The translations under genes and the position numbers were made by a program. 64,000 nt of DNA from a virus. Numbering within the stretch: position 1 is the stretch's first letter; each line of letters starts with the position of its first letter. Below the pieces are notes generated by a model that searched no databases, was not told the DNA's origin, and saw only the letters and a program-made list of their open reading frames with translations. The DNA lies in the IMG/VR virus record IMGVR_UViG_3300013014_000020, positions 1 through 64,000 of that record, one strand, 5' to 3'. This document shows, piece after piece, positions 34,950 through 43,785 of the stretch.

Positions 34950-34999
34950 ATAAATATTAGAATGGTGAGTAAAGTTTAATTTATCACCATTCTAATATT
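34950..34999 (-). promoter_or_regulatory. 16-bp hairpin overlapping the TATTTAT motif upstream of the HNH gene
   Basis: Perfect arms 34953-34968 and 34984-34999. Confidence 0.7.
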
Positions 35000-35008
35000 A
35001 AAATTTAA

Positions 35009-36868
35009 TTATATAATCTCACATCCTGACGCTCCACAAGCGATTTCACCGCTTAGGTTGGTATTATCCTGTAATTCAATTACTTTAGTTAAGTCAATAT
35101 TGGTTAATGATCTAACTAATTTTTCATACTCTTCTTTAGAACAATCGGTAAAAGGTGCCTGTTTGTAAGTATGGTTTGAATAGGGTAATACTGATAAGCC
35201 GTTGTAAAATTTTCTTGATTTCCACATCCAGTCTCCAACTAAATCCCATTCGTCTTCTTTAATTGAGATTGTCGCTGATACATTGTGTGTGTTTTGTCCT
35301 GTTCTATGTCCATTTCTAATCCACTCTTGAGATACTTTTTTCACTCTTTCTAGTATTTGAAATACTGATTCATATCTCAAAATTGATCCTTCCGGTGACA
35401 TCTGTGGTATTGTAATTACCGCGGTATCGTGTGGTCTAAAAAACTCATCTTCCACAAGTTCTGGGTGATTTATTGCAAGATATGTATAAATTGCCTCATT
35501 TTTTCCAACACGGATTCTTCTTAAATAATAATCATTATGCCAAGCGTGAATACCAGATGCCGTACCTAAAACCAATGATGATGTGCCAGATGGTTTTACA
35601 GTCGTTGTACGGGCAGCTTTGTTAATGCCAATTAAATTTGCAACTCTTTCGTTTTCTTCTTTAACGGCTTGAGCTGCTGCTTTCATATCATAACCCAACA
35701 CAACACCTGATCCAATTCCAGTCATTCCAATACCAATAAGTGCATCTTTTTCTGTTGTTCTTTTCCAAACATCTCTCAAGTAATGGAAGTCTGTATAACC
35801 CGCTTGTAGTGTTCCGATGAATGCCGCACCTTTAACTCTATTTTCAAAATCTTCTTGAGATTCCAAATCTGAAGCGTTCACTTCACATAGATTACAGAAT
35901 TGGTATGGACGTAAACCGATTTCACAACAAGGATTTGTTCCCCAATCTTTATCGTTTGATAAATAAATCCCTGGTTCACCAGCACCTGATAATTCAATTC
36001 TTTTCCAAAGACCCATAAAGTATTCTTGTGTTACTTTATGTCTTAATAGAACAGCAGAATTGTTTGCTCTACCTCTTTGTGGGTTTGATTCCCACCAATT
36101 TCCAGATTTACAAGAAATCATTTCATCATCATCAGCTGAAAATAATGAGATAAGTGCTGCACGTCTGATTCCTCCTGCTAATACCGCATCAGCAATATGA
36201 CATACGATGTCGTGAGTTTCAATTGGTGTTAATTTATCACCATCGTTTTTGTTTTCCAGCACCTTTGTAATGTGGTGGATACAATCTTTTAATGGTTGAG
36301 GTCCCGGCGCTTTTCCTCCTGATGTTACAAGCATAGCTCCCTTTTGTCTAATATCTGAAAAGTCAAATATTGGTGTTGATGCTTTGTATCCGAAATAAGA
36401 CTCCATTAATACTTTAATAGCATCTGCCCATCCTTCAATAGAATCTCCAATTAAGTATCTTCTTGTTCTTGTTGAGTTTGGTTTTTTAATTTCAGGTAGT
36501 TTATCAACGTGATGTTTTTGAACTGAAAACCCTACTCCTGTTCCACCTAGTAACAAAAACATTGTTTCTGAAAATGCGTCAGTGTGGTCTATCGGCAAAT
36601 AAGCACAGTTATAAACTCTGTTTGGTGAGATTTCAATTGGCTTACCACCAAATTGTAATGATCTCATTGATGGTAAGATTTTCTTATCATATACCATTTT
36701 ATAGACGTTTTCAATTTCGTCTTTAATTTTTGGGTATTTTTTTTGGTGCATTTCCTTATTTCTTGTCACCAATTCTTCCCATGTCTCCCTTCTATTTAAT
36801 TCAGGGACAAATTTAGCGTATTTCATATACACCGTAATATCGCTCAATATTTTTTGTGAAATATCCAT
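35009..36868 (-). CDS. nrdJ: class II (adenosylcobalamin-dependent) ribonucleotide reductase
   Basis: PSMRSLQ, YNCAY, TNPCCEI, TTVKPSGT and C-terminal redox pair ACGASGCEI; no beta subunit nearby. Confidence 0.92.
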   Translation of the reverse strand: MDISQKILSDITVYMKYAKFVPELNRRETWEELVTRNKEMHQKKYPKIKDEIENVYKMVYDKKILPSMRSLQFGGKPIEISPNRVYNCAYLPIDHTDAFSETMFLLLGGTGVGFSVQKHHVDKLPEIKKPNSTRTRRYLIGDSIEGWADAIKVLMESYFGYKASTPIFDFSDIRQKGAMLVTSGGKAPGPQPLKDCIHHITKVLENKNDGDKLTPIETHDIVCHIADAVLAGGIRRAALISLFSADDDEMISCKSGNWWESNPQRGRANNSAVLLRHKVTQEYFMGLWKRIELSGAGEPGIYLSNDKDWGTNPCCEIGLRPYQFCNLCEVNASDLESQEDFENRVKGAAFIGTLQAGYTDFHYLRDVWKRTTEKDALIGIGMTGIGSGVVLGYDMKAAAQAVKEENERVANLIGINKAARTTTVKPSGTSSLVLGTASGIHAWHNDYYLRRIRVGKNEAIYTYLAINHPELVEDEFFRPHDTAVITIPQMSPEGSILRYESVFQILERVKKVSQEWIRNGHRTGQNTHNVSATISIKEDEWDLVGDWMWKSRKFYNGLSVLPYSNHTYKQAPFTDCSKEEYEKLVRSLTNIDLTKVIELQDNTNLSGEIACGASGCEII

Positions 36869-36892
36869 TTTTTACAAATTTAATTATTTTAT

Positions 36893-38281
36893 TTAAGATT
36901 TTTGTTTTTCTTGTTCTCTTTGTTGTCTTTTTTCCAACAATTCTTTAACTCTTTGTCTTTGTCGTTCTTCTTTTTGTTCTTCTAAACCTAAGAATGTAGT
37001 TGTTGATTCAGTATCAATTTCAATCATCGCATTATCAAATTTACAATTTTCAAACACCACACCGTCATCTCCAATACGAGATTTGGTAATTGCTATTGTG
37101 GCTAATTTCATTTCTTTTTGTTGTAATGTCTTTGCTACTGAAATAATAACGTGTCCAACTTGTGCTTTCTTGATAGAACCACCCATTTGGTCTGTTGTAA
37201 CAACTTCTGACGAAATAGAAGCTCTATTTCCCTGTGTTGCCGTCCAACCAACAAGGTTTAATTCGTGACACATAGCTTCAAAACCTCTCATTACAGATCC
37301 TTCACTTTTCCACTCATCACCTAGGTTTTTATCTGGAACAACACAATCAATGTAGTCTAAAACAACCATATCTATTTTAACACCGTCTGCAATCATTTTT
37401 CTTATTTCATTTTTAATTTGCAACATAGTTTTTGTATCAGATGGTAGTTTCTTTAAGATTAACTCATTTGGCATCGTCTCCTTGATTTCGTTTACTTTTT
37501 TCATCACCTCTTCCTTTTTTTCTGACAATTCGTCAGGGTGAATCTTTGTCCAGAGAATAAAATGTTTTCTCTGTATCACTTTTGGGTTGTCTTCAAAAAA
37601 TACTTGAAGAACGTTAAATCCTAGGTTAAATGCGTGGTTTGAAATCTTTGTAAGAATGGTTGATTTACCTACACCGGTAGGTGCTAATATTACACCAATT
37701 TCCCCTTTTGCTAGTCCTCCTTTCAACAATCTATCAATACCTGGTATTCCCATTGGTATTGGGTGTCTATAGTCTTCGTCTAGTACTTGATCTAGGTTTG
37801 AAAAAACATCTAACATTGATGTGTCTTTTGACCCAACAAGTAATGCATCTCTTACTAATTCTTCTAGTGTGTCGTAGTTTTCAAACTCACCTCCGTCTAT
37901 AATCTTTTGAGCCTTTTTCATTACTTTCTGTAACTCTTGTTGTTTACAGAATTTAAGTGCCTTTTCTTGTACGAAATCCACTCCGTCGATAGGTGCAGAC
38001 TTGATTTTCTTAACTGTATCAAGTACAACCTTAACAGCGGTTTCTTGTTGTAATTCGGATTTTGCGACTTGTTCTAAAGTATCAAATGATGGTGTGTGAT
38101 CATACTTTTTATAGTATTCTTTTATCATTTGAATAATAATTTTGAAATACTTGTTTTCAAAATAATTGTTTTCAATTACGTCAATAATCGAATGTGAAAA
38201 GTCTTTGTCTACAATGATTTGATTAAGTAATTGTATTTGAAAATTGTTGCCAAGATATTCAAAGTTTTTGTTTGTCGCCAT
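36893..38281 (-). CDS. dnaB: replicative DnaB/T4 gp41-like helicase
   Basis: Walker A APTGVGKS, VVLDYID, WTATQGNR and ITKSRIG. Confidence 0.9.
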   Translation of the reverse strand: MATNKNFEYLGNNFQIQLLNQIIVDKDFSHSIIDVIENNYFENKYFKIIIQMIKEYYKKYDHTPSFDTLEQVAKSELQQETAVKVVLDTVKKIKSAPIDGVDFVQEKALKFCKQQELQKVMKKAQKIIDGGEFENYDTLEELVRDALLVGSKDTSMLDVFSNLDQVLDEDYRHPIPMGIPGIDRLLKGGLAKGEIGVILAPTGVGKSTILTKISNHAFNLGFNVLQVFFEDNPKVIQRKHFILWTKIHPDELSEKKEEVMKKVNEIKETMPNELILKKLPSDTKTMLQIKNEIRKMIADGVKIDMVVLDYIDCVVPDKNLGDEWKSEGSVMRGFEAMCHELNLVGWTATQGNRASISSEVVTTDQMGGSIKKAQVGHVIISVAKTLQQKEMKLATIAITKSRIGDDGVVFENCKFDNAMIEIDTESTTTFLGLEEQKEERQRQRVKELLEKRQQREQEKQKS

Positions 38282-38314
38282 AATTTTTCCTTTTATCAGT
38301 AAAGATAAATACTA

Positions 38315-38764
38315 TTAGTTTTGAATAAATTGTGGATAAAAATAATTAAATTTTCTACCTGAAAAAATGTCAGTAAGTTCAGATAATATACTTTTCAGCT
38401 TTGGGCGTAGGTCTACGGTATATCTGACCTTTGGGGGGTATACTTTTGCGTCAAATGTTCTCTGACAAATTGTCATATTTTCAACCTTAATGTAAAGGTT
38501 AAAATTTTCTTGTCCTTCTGTAATTGAAGTGTTTAATACGTCAGGATTTTCCATAATCTCATACTGGTTTTCCATCATATAAACAACTGACCTCATTTTT
38601 AAATCATACTGAAGTTCATTACAAAATGTTCTAATGTAATCATAGAATTGTTCTGACTTGTGTGCATTTTTGTTAAATCCTTTTACATTAAAGAATCTTT
38701 GTACCACAATGTTGTCGTTACACATCAGAATAAACTCTACTTTTGTTACGTCTTGTTCTTTCAT
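38315..38764 (-). CDS. hypothetical protein in the replication operon
   Basis: 149-aa ORF between exonuclease and helicase. Confidence 0.7.
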   Translation of the reverse strand: MKEQDVTKVEFILMCNDNIVVQRFFNVKGFNKNAHKSEQFYDYIRTFCNELQYDLKMRSVVYMMENQYEIMENPDVLNTSITEGQENFNLYIKVENMTICQRTFDAKVYPPKVRYTVDLRPKLKSILSELTDIFSGRKFNYFYPQFIQN

Positions 38765-38768
38765 TTTT

Positions 38769-39785
38769 TTACTTTTTTGTTTTGTTTCTAAAATTTGTTT
38801 TTTCTTTTCTTGATAGTTTTAAAAATGGTTTTAAAAAATTTACCCAAGCGTCATCACCTTTTGGGAGAAATTTGAAGAATCCGTCGTCCATCATCATTCT
38901 AATTAGATTTCTATGTCCTCGTCCGTCAGGATCCAATGACTCTGAATAGTATAGTCTAACCAGTTCTTTTCCATCATCTGATATTAATGGATTAGCTAAA
39001 TCCACTAATTTTTCATTGATTGTGAAAAACTCCTCTCCAAATATTCCCTCTTTGGTTTTTCCGCTTAGGAGATTTTGTAAGGCAACATTTCCTTTTTGTT
39101 CTGAAAGTAAACTTTCTGCCTTTGTTAAAATATCGGTATATTTTAATTCAGTATCAAGTATTTCAGGAAACAATTTAAGAAATGTTTTTTCACCCAAATA
39201 AAAAATTCCGTCAATATTATCCGAACTATCACCGGTTAATATTTTGTAAGTCATAACATTATAATGTGGTATTTCTGACGCATCCATTTTAATACCATCA
39301 CCATTCTTATAATATCGTTTTTGTTGGGGTGAATATATAGTTACCTTCTCGGAAATTAATTGTGTTAAATCTCTATCAGAAGAAAAAATGGTCTTATCTT
39401 CATCCTGGGATATTTGACAATAGTAAGCTATCAAGTCGTCGGCCTCCGACTGTTCAACTTCTAATTGTCTAACAAACATTTCTTCTAGGTATTGTTTTAC
39501 TCTATTCTTTTGAGTAATAAAAGATTGTTCTTTAAAATCTTCGTCGTTTTTTTGTTTTCGATTAAGCTTGTACTTGGGGTAGATAAGTCTTCTTTGTGAA
39601 GATCCAGTTTCACTATCCCAAAATACAACAACTTTATTATAATTACTTTCCTCTAAAAATCGTCTTAAAGTATTTAAAAAATGCCAAGTACCACCAACGT
39701 GTTCTCCTTTGTTAAAAAAGTCTCTAACACCGTGAAATCCAATTTTTAATAGATTATTTCCGTCAACTAATAAAGTTTTAGTCAT
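38769..39785 (-). CDS. 5'-3' exonuclease / T4 RNase H-like flap endonuclease
   Basis: LLVDGNN, YKLNR, EADDLIA, SSDRDLTQL and LTGDSSDNIDG. Confidence 0.92.
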   Translation of the reverse strand: MTKTLLVDGNNLLKIGFHGVRDFFNKGEHVGGTWHFLNTLRRFLEESNYNKVVVFWDSETGSSQRRLIYPKYKLNRKQKNDEDFKEQSFITQKNRVKQYLEEMFVRQLEVEQSEADDLIAYYCQISQDEDKTIFSSDRDLTQLISEKVTIYSPQQKRYYKNGDGIKMDASEIPHYNVMTYKILTGDSSDNIDGIFYLGEKTFLKLFPEILDTELKYTDILTKAESLLSEQKGNVALQNLLSGKTKEGIFGEEFFTINEKLVDLANPLISDDGKELVRLYYSESLDPDGRGHRNLIRMMMDDGFFKFLPKGDDAWVNFLKPFLKLSRKEKTNFRNKTKK

Positions 39786-40800
39786 TAGTTGTTTCGTTTA
39801 TTGGGTTTGACAACACCGATTCTTTTTCTACAATGTAATCACCAAGAAATTCACTAAAGATAGCTTCCATTACAGGCACACAAATTGAGTTACCAGCTAA
39901 AGATACGTGTCCCTTTGTTGATAACGATGTTGTAAGTAACAAATCTATGTCTTCATCACGAACACCCATAAATCTATAACCCTCTCTTGCTGTGATATTT
40001 CTTACTCTACCGTCTTCAGTCATAATTTGTGGTGACCCACTTGTTGTAAGACAAGGTGAACAACCGTCAACAGAGTAAATTCTTCTTGCCTGATCATAAC
40101 TTACATCATCTCTTCTTGCAATTAATCGACAAACAGAGTTACCTTTTGGTTGATGGTTGGTATATTGACAATCAATAAATAATTCTGGGTCCTGTGTGTC
40201 TTCAATAAAAGGTCTCATCGGAACTCTTGTTTTTTTGTGATTGTCAACATTTTCCATTCTTTGTTTTACATCTTCTTTTTCACCATCTAAAACTGAAATC
40301 ATAAACACCCTTTCTCTATTTTGTGGACAACCAAAGTCGGCTCCATTTAAGATTTTCCAATACGATGTATAACCTAGTCCACGAAGAAAATAAATGTGTT
40401 TTTTAAAATTTTCATAGTGATTTTTAGATACAAGATTTTTAACATTTTCCATTAACAAATACTTTGGTCTATTTGTTGATAAAATTCTTTCAACATCAAA
40501 TAATAATCCACTTCTTGTTCCTTCTTTAATCCCTCTTTGAACGCCTGAAATTGAAATGTCTTGACAAGGAAAAGAATATGTTAATAGATCACACTGTGGA
40601 AAATTATTGTGGTTGATTTTTGTAATATCACCTAAATTACCCATTTGTGTCTCGTGTAATACATCATAGCACTCATTCGCTTGTTTGAAATTGTCACAGT
40701 TTGCAACATTCTCATAATTAACTCCAATGTATTTAAGTGCTAATTCTTGTGTTCCGTATCCAGAGAACAAAGAAATTAATTTTAATTTATTCTTGCTCAT
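39778..40800 (-). CDS. DNA (cytosine-5)-methyltransferase, orphan
   Basis: Motif I LFSGYG, IV SFPCQ, VI ENV, VIII PQNRER and X AGNSI. Confidence 0.92.
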   Translation of the reverse strand: MSKNKLKLISLFSGYGTQELALKYIGVNYENVANCDNFKQANECYDVLHETQMGNLGDITKINHNNFPQCDLLTYSFPCQDISISGVQRGIKEGTRSGLLFDVERILSTNRPKYLLMENVKNLVSKNHYENFKKHIYFLRGLGYTSYWKILNGADFGCPQNRERVFMISVLDGEKEDVKQRMENVDNHKKTRVPMRPFIEDTQDPELFIDCQYTNHQPKGNSVCRLIARRDDVSYDQARRIYSVDGCSPCLTTSGSPQIMTEDGRVRNITAREGYRFMGVRDEDIDLLLTTSLSTKGHVSLAGNSICVPVMEAIFSEFLGDYIVEKESVLSNPINETTND

Positions 40801-41797
40801 ATACTTTTTCTTCTTTTAAATCAAATTCACCATCTACACCTATAATTGTTTTCCAATATTCGGCATATTCACTTTTGTAAGTTTCAATAGACTTCTTTTC
40901 TTCTGTTGCGTCTTTTCCAGGTAAAAACCCGTGAGGCGTTACAATAATTTTACCATCTTCAAATCCAAGTCCGTTAATATGGTTTTTCATAACCGATACT
41001 TTTGTTCTTGATGCAAATTTAACAGTTCTTTTATCTTTGGTTGCCGTAATTTTTGTTGTTCCAGCACCTTTTTGATTTCCATATAAAAATACCAAAGATG
41101 AGTTTAACCAAATTGCTTCACCGCCTTTTGCTTTGATTTTTGGTTGTCCAAATGGATTATCTGGTAATTCAACCCAAGGTTGGTTTACGATAATTAAAGT
41201 GTTTTCAAATTTTGAATCCGCTTTTCTTGATCCAGAAATACGTTGGTTAATTCCCATACCAATCTTATCCGCTAAAACACTTGCGTTGTGTTGTTTGCCA
41301 CCCTTTCCTTCGTATGTCATTTTACAAGGAACAGATCCAACTGAATCCCACATAATACATAAAGAATAGTCTAACTCACCTTTTTCTTGAGCATCTAATA
41401 ATTCATTAATGTATTCTGTGATTTGTTCAATATAACTAAAATTGTTGTTAAACAAGAAGAAACCATCCCAAGTTAGTTCACCAGTTTCCTCATCAACAAC
41501 TTCTTCACACTCAAAACCCATAAGTCTGGAGTGTTCAAAAGACCATTTTTGTTCTGTAATAATAAAAACAGGTAGTATTTCTTTTTTCTGTGCATCAACT
41601 GCGGTTTTAACAAGTGCTGTTGTTTTACCGGTATCTGAATGTCCCAAAAACATATTAATATGTCCCATAGCTGGACCTGGAAGTCCTACCGCATCCAAAA
41701 ATGCCGGTCCTAAATCAAAGTATCTTTGTGGTTTGTATTTTGCGTCCGACGAGAATTTTTTCTTAATCGAACTAAAGTCATTTTTCTTGATTGCCAT
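40787..41797 (-). CDS. recA: RecA/UvsX-like recombinase
   Basis: Walker A GHSDTGKT, WDSVG, IIVNQ, KGGEA and KNH. Confidence 0.88.
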   Translation of the reverse strand: MAIKKNDFSSIKKKFSSDAKYKPQRYFDLGPAFLDAVGLPGPAMGHINMFLGHSDTGKTTALVKTAVDAQKKEILPVFIITEQKWSFEHSRLMGFECEEVVDEETGELTWDGFFLFNNNFSYIEQITEYINELLDAQEKGELDYSLCIMWDSVGSVPCKMTYEGKGGKQHNASVLADKIGMGINQRISGSRKADSKFENTLIIVNQPWVELPDNPFGQPKIKAKGGEAIWLNSSLVFLYGNQKGAGTTKITATKDKRTVKFASRTKVSVMKNHINGLGFEDGKIIVTPHGFLPGKDATEEKKSIETYKSEYAEYWKTIIGVDGEFDLKEEKVYEQE

Positions 41798-41822
41798 ATA
41801 ATTTTCTTTTTAAAAAGATAAG

Positions 41823-41860
41823 AAAAAATGGGTATATAGTCCACCTATATACCCATTTTT
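41823..41860. terminator. intrinsic terminator after the SSB gene
   Basis: Perfect 16-bp stem AAAAATGGGTATATAG / CTATATACCCATTTTT with a 5-nt loop. Confidence 0.8.
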
Positions 41861-41874
41861 ATTTAGAATTTTTT

Positions 41875-42741
41875 TTAGAATGGTAACTCTTCATCAACAT
41901 CGTCACCGGTTTGTGGATCCTCAACCTTTGTTTCAGTTTTTGTTTTTCCACCACCCATTGAAATTTCTTCTTCAGAAGTATTGCTGTAGATGTATTTTCC
42001 AGCATCGGAGTCCCAACGTGGTGTTTCTCCTCGTGCGATTGCTTCAAGGTATTCAGTTGCTTTTTTAGAATAAACATCTTCCCAAGTAAGTTCATCTTCA
42101 ATCCAAGAAGTCATTGTTTCTTCATTTTCGTGAACAGATCCCGCGTCTTCGTACATAACAGTTTGGATAACTGTGTAGAATGCACCTTTTGGTGTTTTTG
42201 CTTTGGTTAATTCAAGGATAATGTCACGACCCGTTGTCGCATCTGTAATATCACCTTTAGCTCTCCAAATAGGAATAATTTTGTCAAGGATTCCTTCGTT
42301 TTTGTAATTGTGTTTAAAACGCCAGAATTTAACTCCGTCCGACTCATTATCACGGTCAATTACTTTAACAATATAAAACTTACGTGGTTTGTATTGTTTA
42401 GCAAGTTCCTTGTCAGAATCTCTACCCGTAGACATAAGAACATCATAAACTTCACTTAAAGGTGAACGCTCATTGTCATTTTTTCCTGGATCATAAAATT
42501 TCTGCCATTTTCCATCTACTTGAATCTCGTGAAACCATACTTCTTTAAAAGGTGAAGAACCATCAGGTGTTGGTAAGATTCTTAATCTTTTTTGACCTTG
42601 TTTTTCGTTATCCTTAAGTATTGCAGCAAAATACTTTTTCATTCTTTCTTCTTGTGTGAATTTTGCAGTGGAAGAAGAGCCACCTTGTTTTGCATTCTCA
42701 TACTGAGCCAAAACCGCATCTAAAACATTGTTTGTCGCCAT
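41875..42741 (-). CDS. single-stranded DNA-binding protein (T4 gp32-like)
   Basis: RLRILP...PFKEVWFH, FYIVKVIDR, GRDIIL and acidic tail ending DEELPF. Confidence 0.85.
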   Translation of the reverse strand: MATNNVLDAVLAQYENAKQGGSSSTAKFTQEERMKKYFAAILKDNEKQGQKRLRILPTPDGSSPFKEVWFHEIQVDGKWQKFYDPGKNDNERSPLSEVYDVLMSTGRDSDKELAKQYKPRKFYIVKVIDRDNESDGVKFWRFKHNYKNEGILDKIIPIWRAKGDITDATTGRDIILELTKAKTPKGAFYTVIQTVMYEDAGSVHENEETMTSWIEDELTWEDVYSKKATEYLEAIARGETPRWDSDAGKYIYSNTSEEEISMGGGKTKTETKVEDPQTGDDVDEELPF

Positions 42742-42772
42742 ATATATTATTTATTAAAAGTTTACAATAGAA

Positions 42773-42801
42773 AGTATAGTTAAATTTTGTGTCGCAGTCA
42801 A
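42773..42801 (-). promoter_or_regulatory. near-consensus sigma70-type promoter TTGACT-N17-TATACT
   Basis: Read directly upstream of the SSB gene, just after a terminator. Confidence 0.7.
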
Positions 42802-42809
42802 CAAGAAAT

Positions 42810-42837
42810 TTTAAAGTCGTCTTGTACGACCTTAAAA
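42810..42837 (-). terminator. intrinsic terminator
   Basis: Minus strand TTTAAGGTCGT-ACAAG-ACGACTTTAAA immediately after the stop at 42838. Confidence 0.6.
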
Positions 42838-43512
42838 TTATCTCATCATATTGTTTTCGTCTTCGTCTTCATAATCATTAAAAGAAGTTTTTACTTCTTC
42901 TGGTGAGTATTCTTCCACATCATCAGATGTTAAAACATATTCATTTTTACCTGATTGTCTCATTTCTTCTTGTTTGTCAACAAAGAAATCTGATAACTTT
43001 TGTTTAAATGGTCCCGAATCTAAACTTCTTAATTCAAGTTTTTCTTCTGGTGTTTTTGGTCTAAACTGATCAAATTTAGTTTCAAGACTATTAATCTTTT
43101 GTACCAATTGATCCATTTCACCTAATTTTGATTCTAAATTTGATAATTGTGTAAATAAATTATTAAAATATTCTTCTTGTTTATCTGACATAGTTTTTTG
43201 TGTGTCGACAAGGTCTGTAATATCAATTTCTTCTTCGCCACCTTCTTCGTCGGCACCAATTTCTTCCACATCAGCGTCAGCTTCAACATCGATTGGTTCA
43301 CCTTCTGTTGGTGGTGCTGGTGTCGCGGGTGCACCTGCTGCCGGTGCCCCTGCTGCTGGTGGTGGGACTTCACCACCTATTGGTGCTTCACCTCCTGGGG
43401 GTGGTGGTGCTCCTAATTCGTCTCCTGGGGGAGGGGGAACTTGTTCCATAATGTATTTGTTAATACTATTGTATCTTGCAATTTCTTCTAAAATTTTTTG
43501 ATCTACACTCAT
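42838..43512 (-). CDS. acidic Pro-rich coiled-coil protein (scaffold/internal-head-like)
   Basis: PPPPG/PAAGA linker, D/E-rich tract and a predicted coiled coil. Confidence 0.6.
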   Translation of the reverse strand: MSVDQKILEEIARYNSINKYIMEQVPPPPGDELGAPPPPGGEAPIGGEVPPPAAGAPAAGAPATPAPPTEGEPIDVEADADVEEIGADEEGGEEEIDITDLVDTQKTMSDKQEEYFNNLFTQLSNLESKLGEMDQLVQKINSLETKFDQFRPKTPEEKLELRSLDSGPFKQKLSDFFVDKQEEMRQSGKNEYVLTSDDVEEYSPEEVKTSFNDYEDEDENNMMR

Positions 43513-43513
43513 C

Positions 43514-43738
43514 TTATCCGTTCAATAATGTTTTTATTCCAGATTTTGTTTCAACCTGAATTTTTTTAAATTGTTTCATTGTATTATCAACTCTTTCAAT
43601 TAGACCATCTTTCATTCTAACTGTGTAGCAATCACCAGTATCTAAATCACATACTTCTTTAAATCCATTACCAGCGTCTTTTTCTGACATTCTTGTGTTC
43701 TTACCTAAGTAATTGTCCAATATTAGTTTTGTGTTCAT
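43514..43738 (-). CDS. hypothetical protein
   Basis: 74-aa ORF preceded by TATTTATA (43754-43761). Confidence 0.7.
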   Translation of the reverse strand: MNTKLILDNYLGKNTRMSEKDAGNGFKEVCDLDTGDCYTVRMKDGLIERVDNTMKQFKKIQVETKSGIKTLLNG

Positions 43739-43785
43739 ATTTTTTTATTTATTTATAAATATCTATTAAAGATAAAAAATTTACT

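Noticed and set aside
35009-38281. Inteins or group I introns in nrdJ or the helicase
   Set aside because: Both ORFs are continuous and of normal length, with no intein splice motifs
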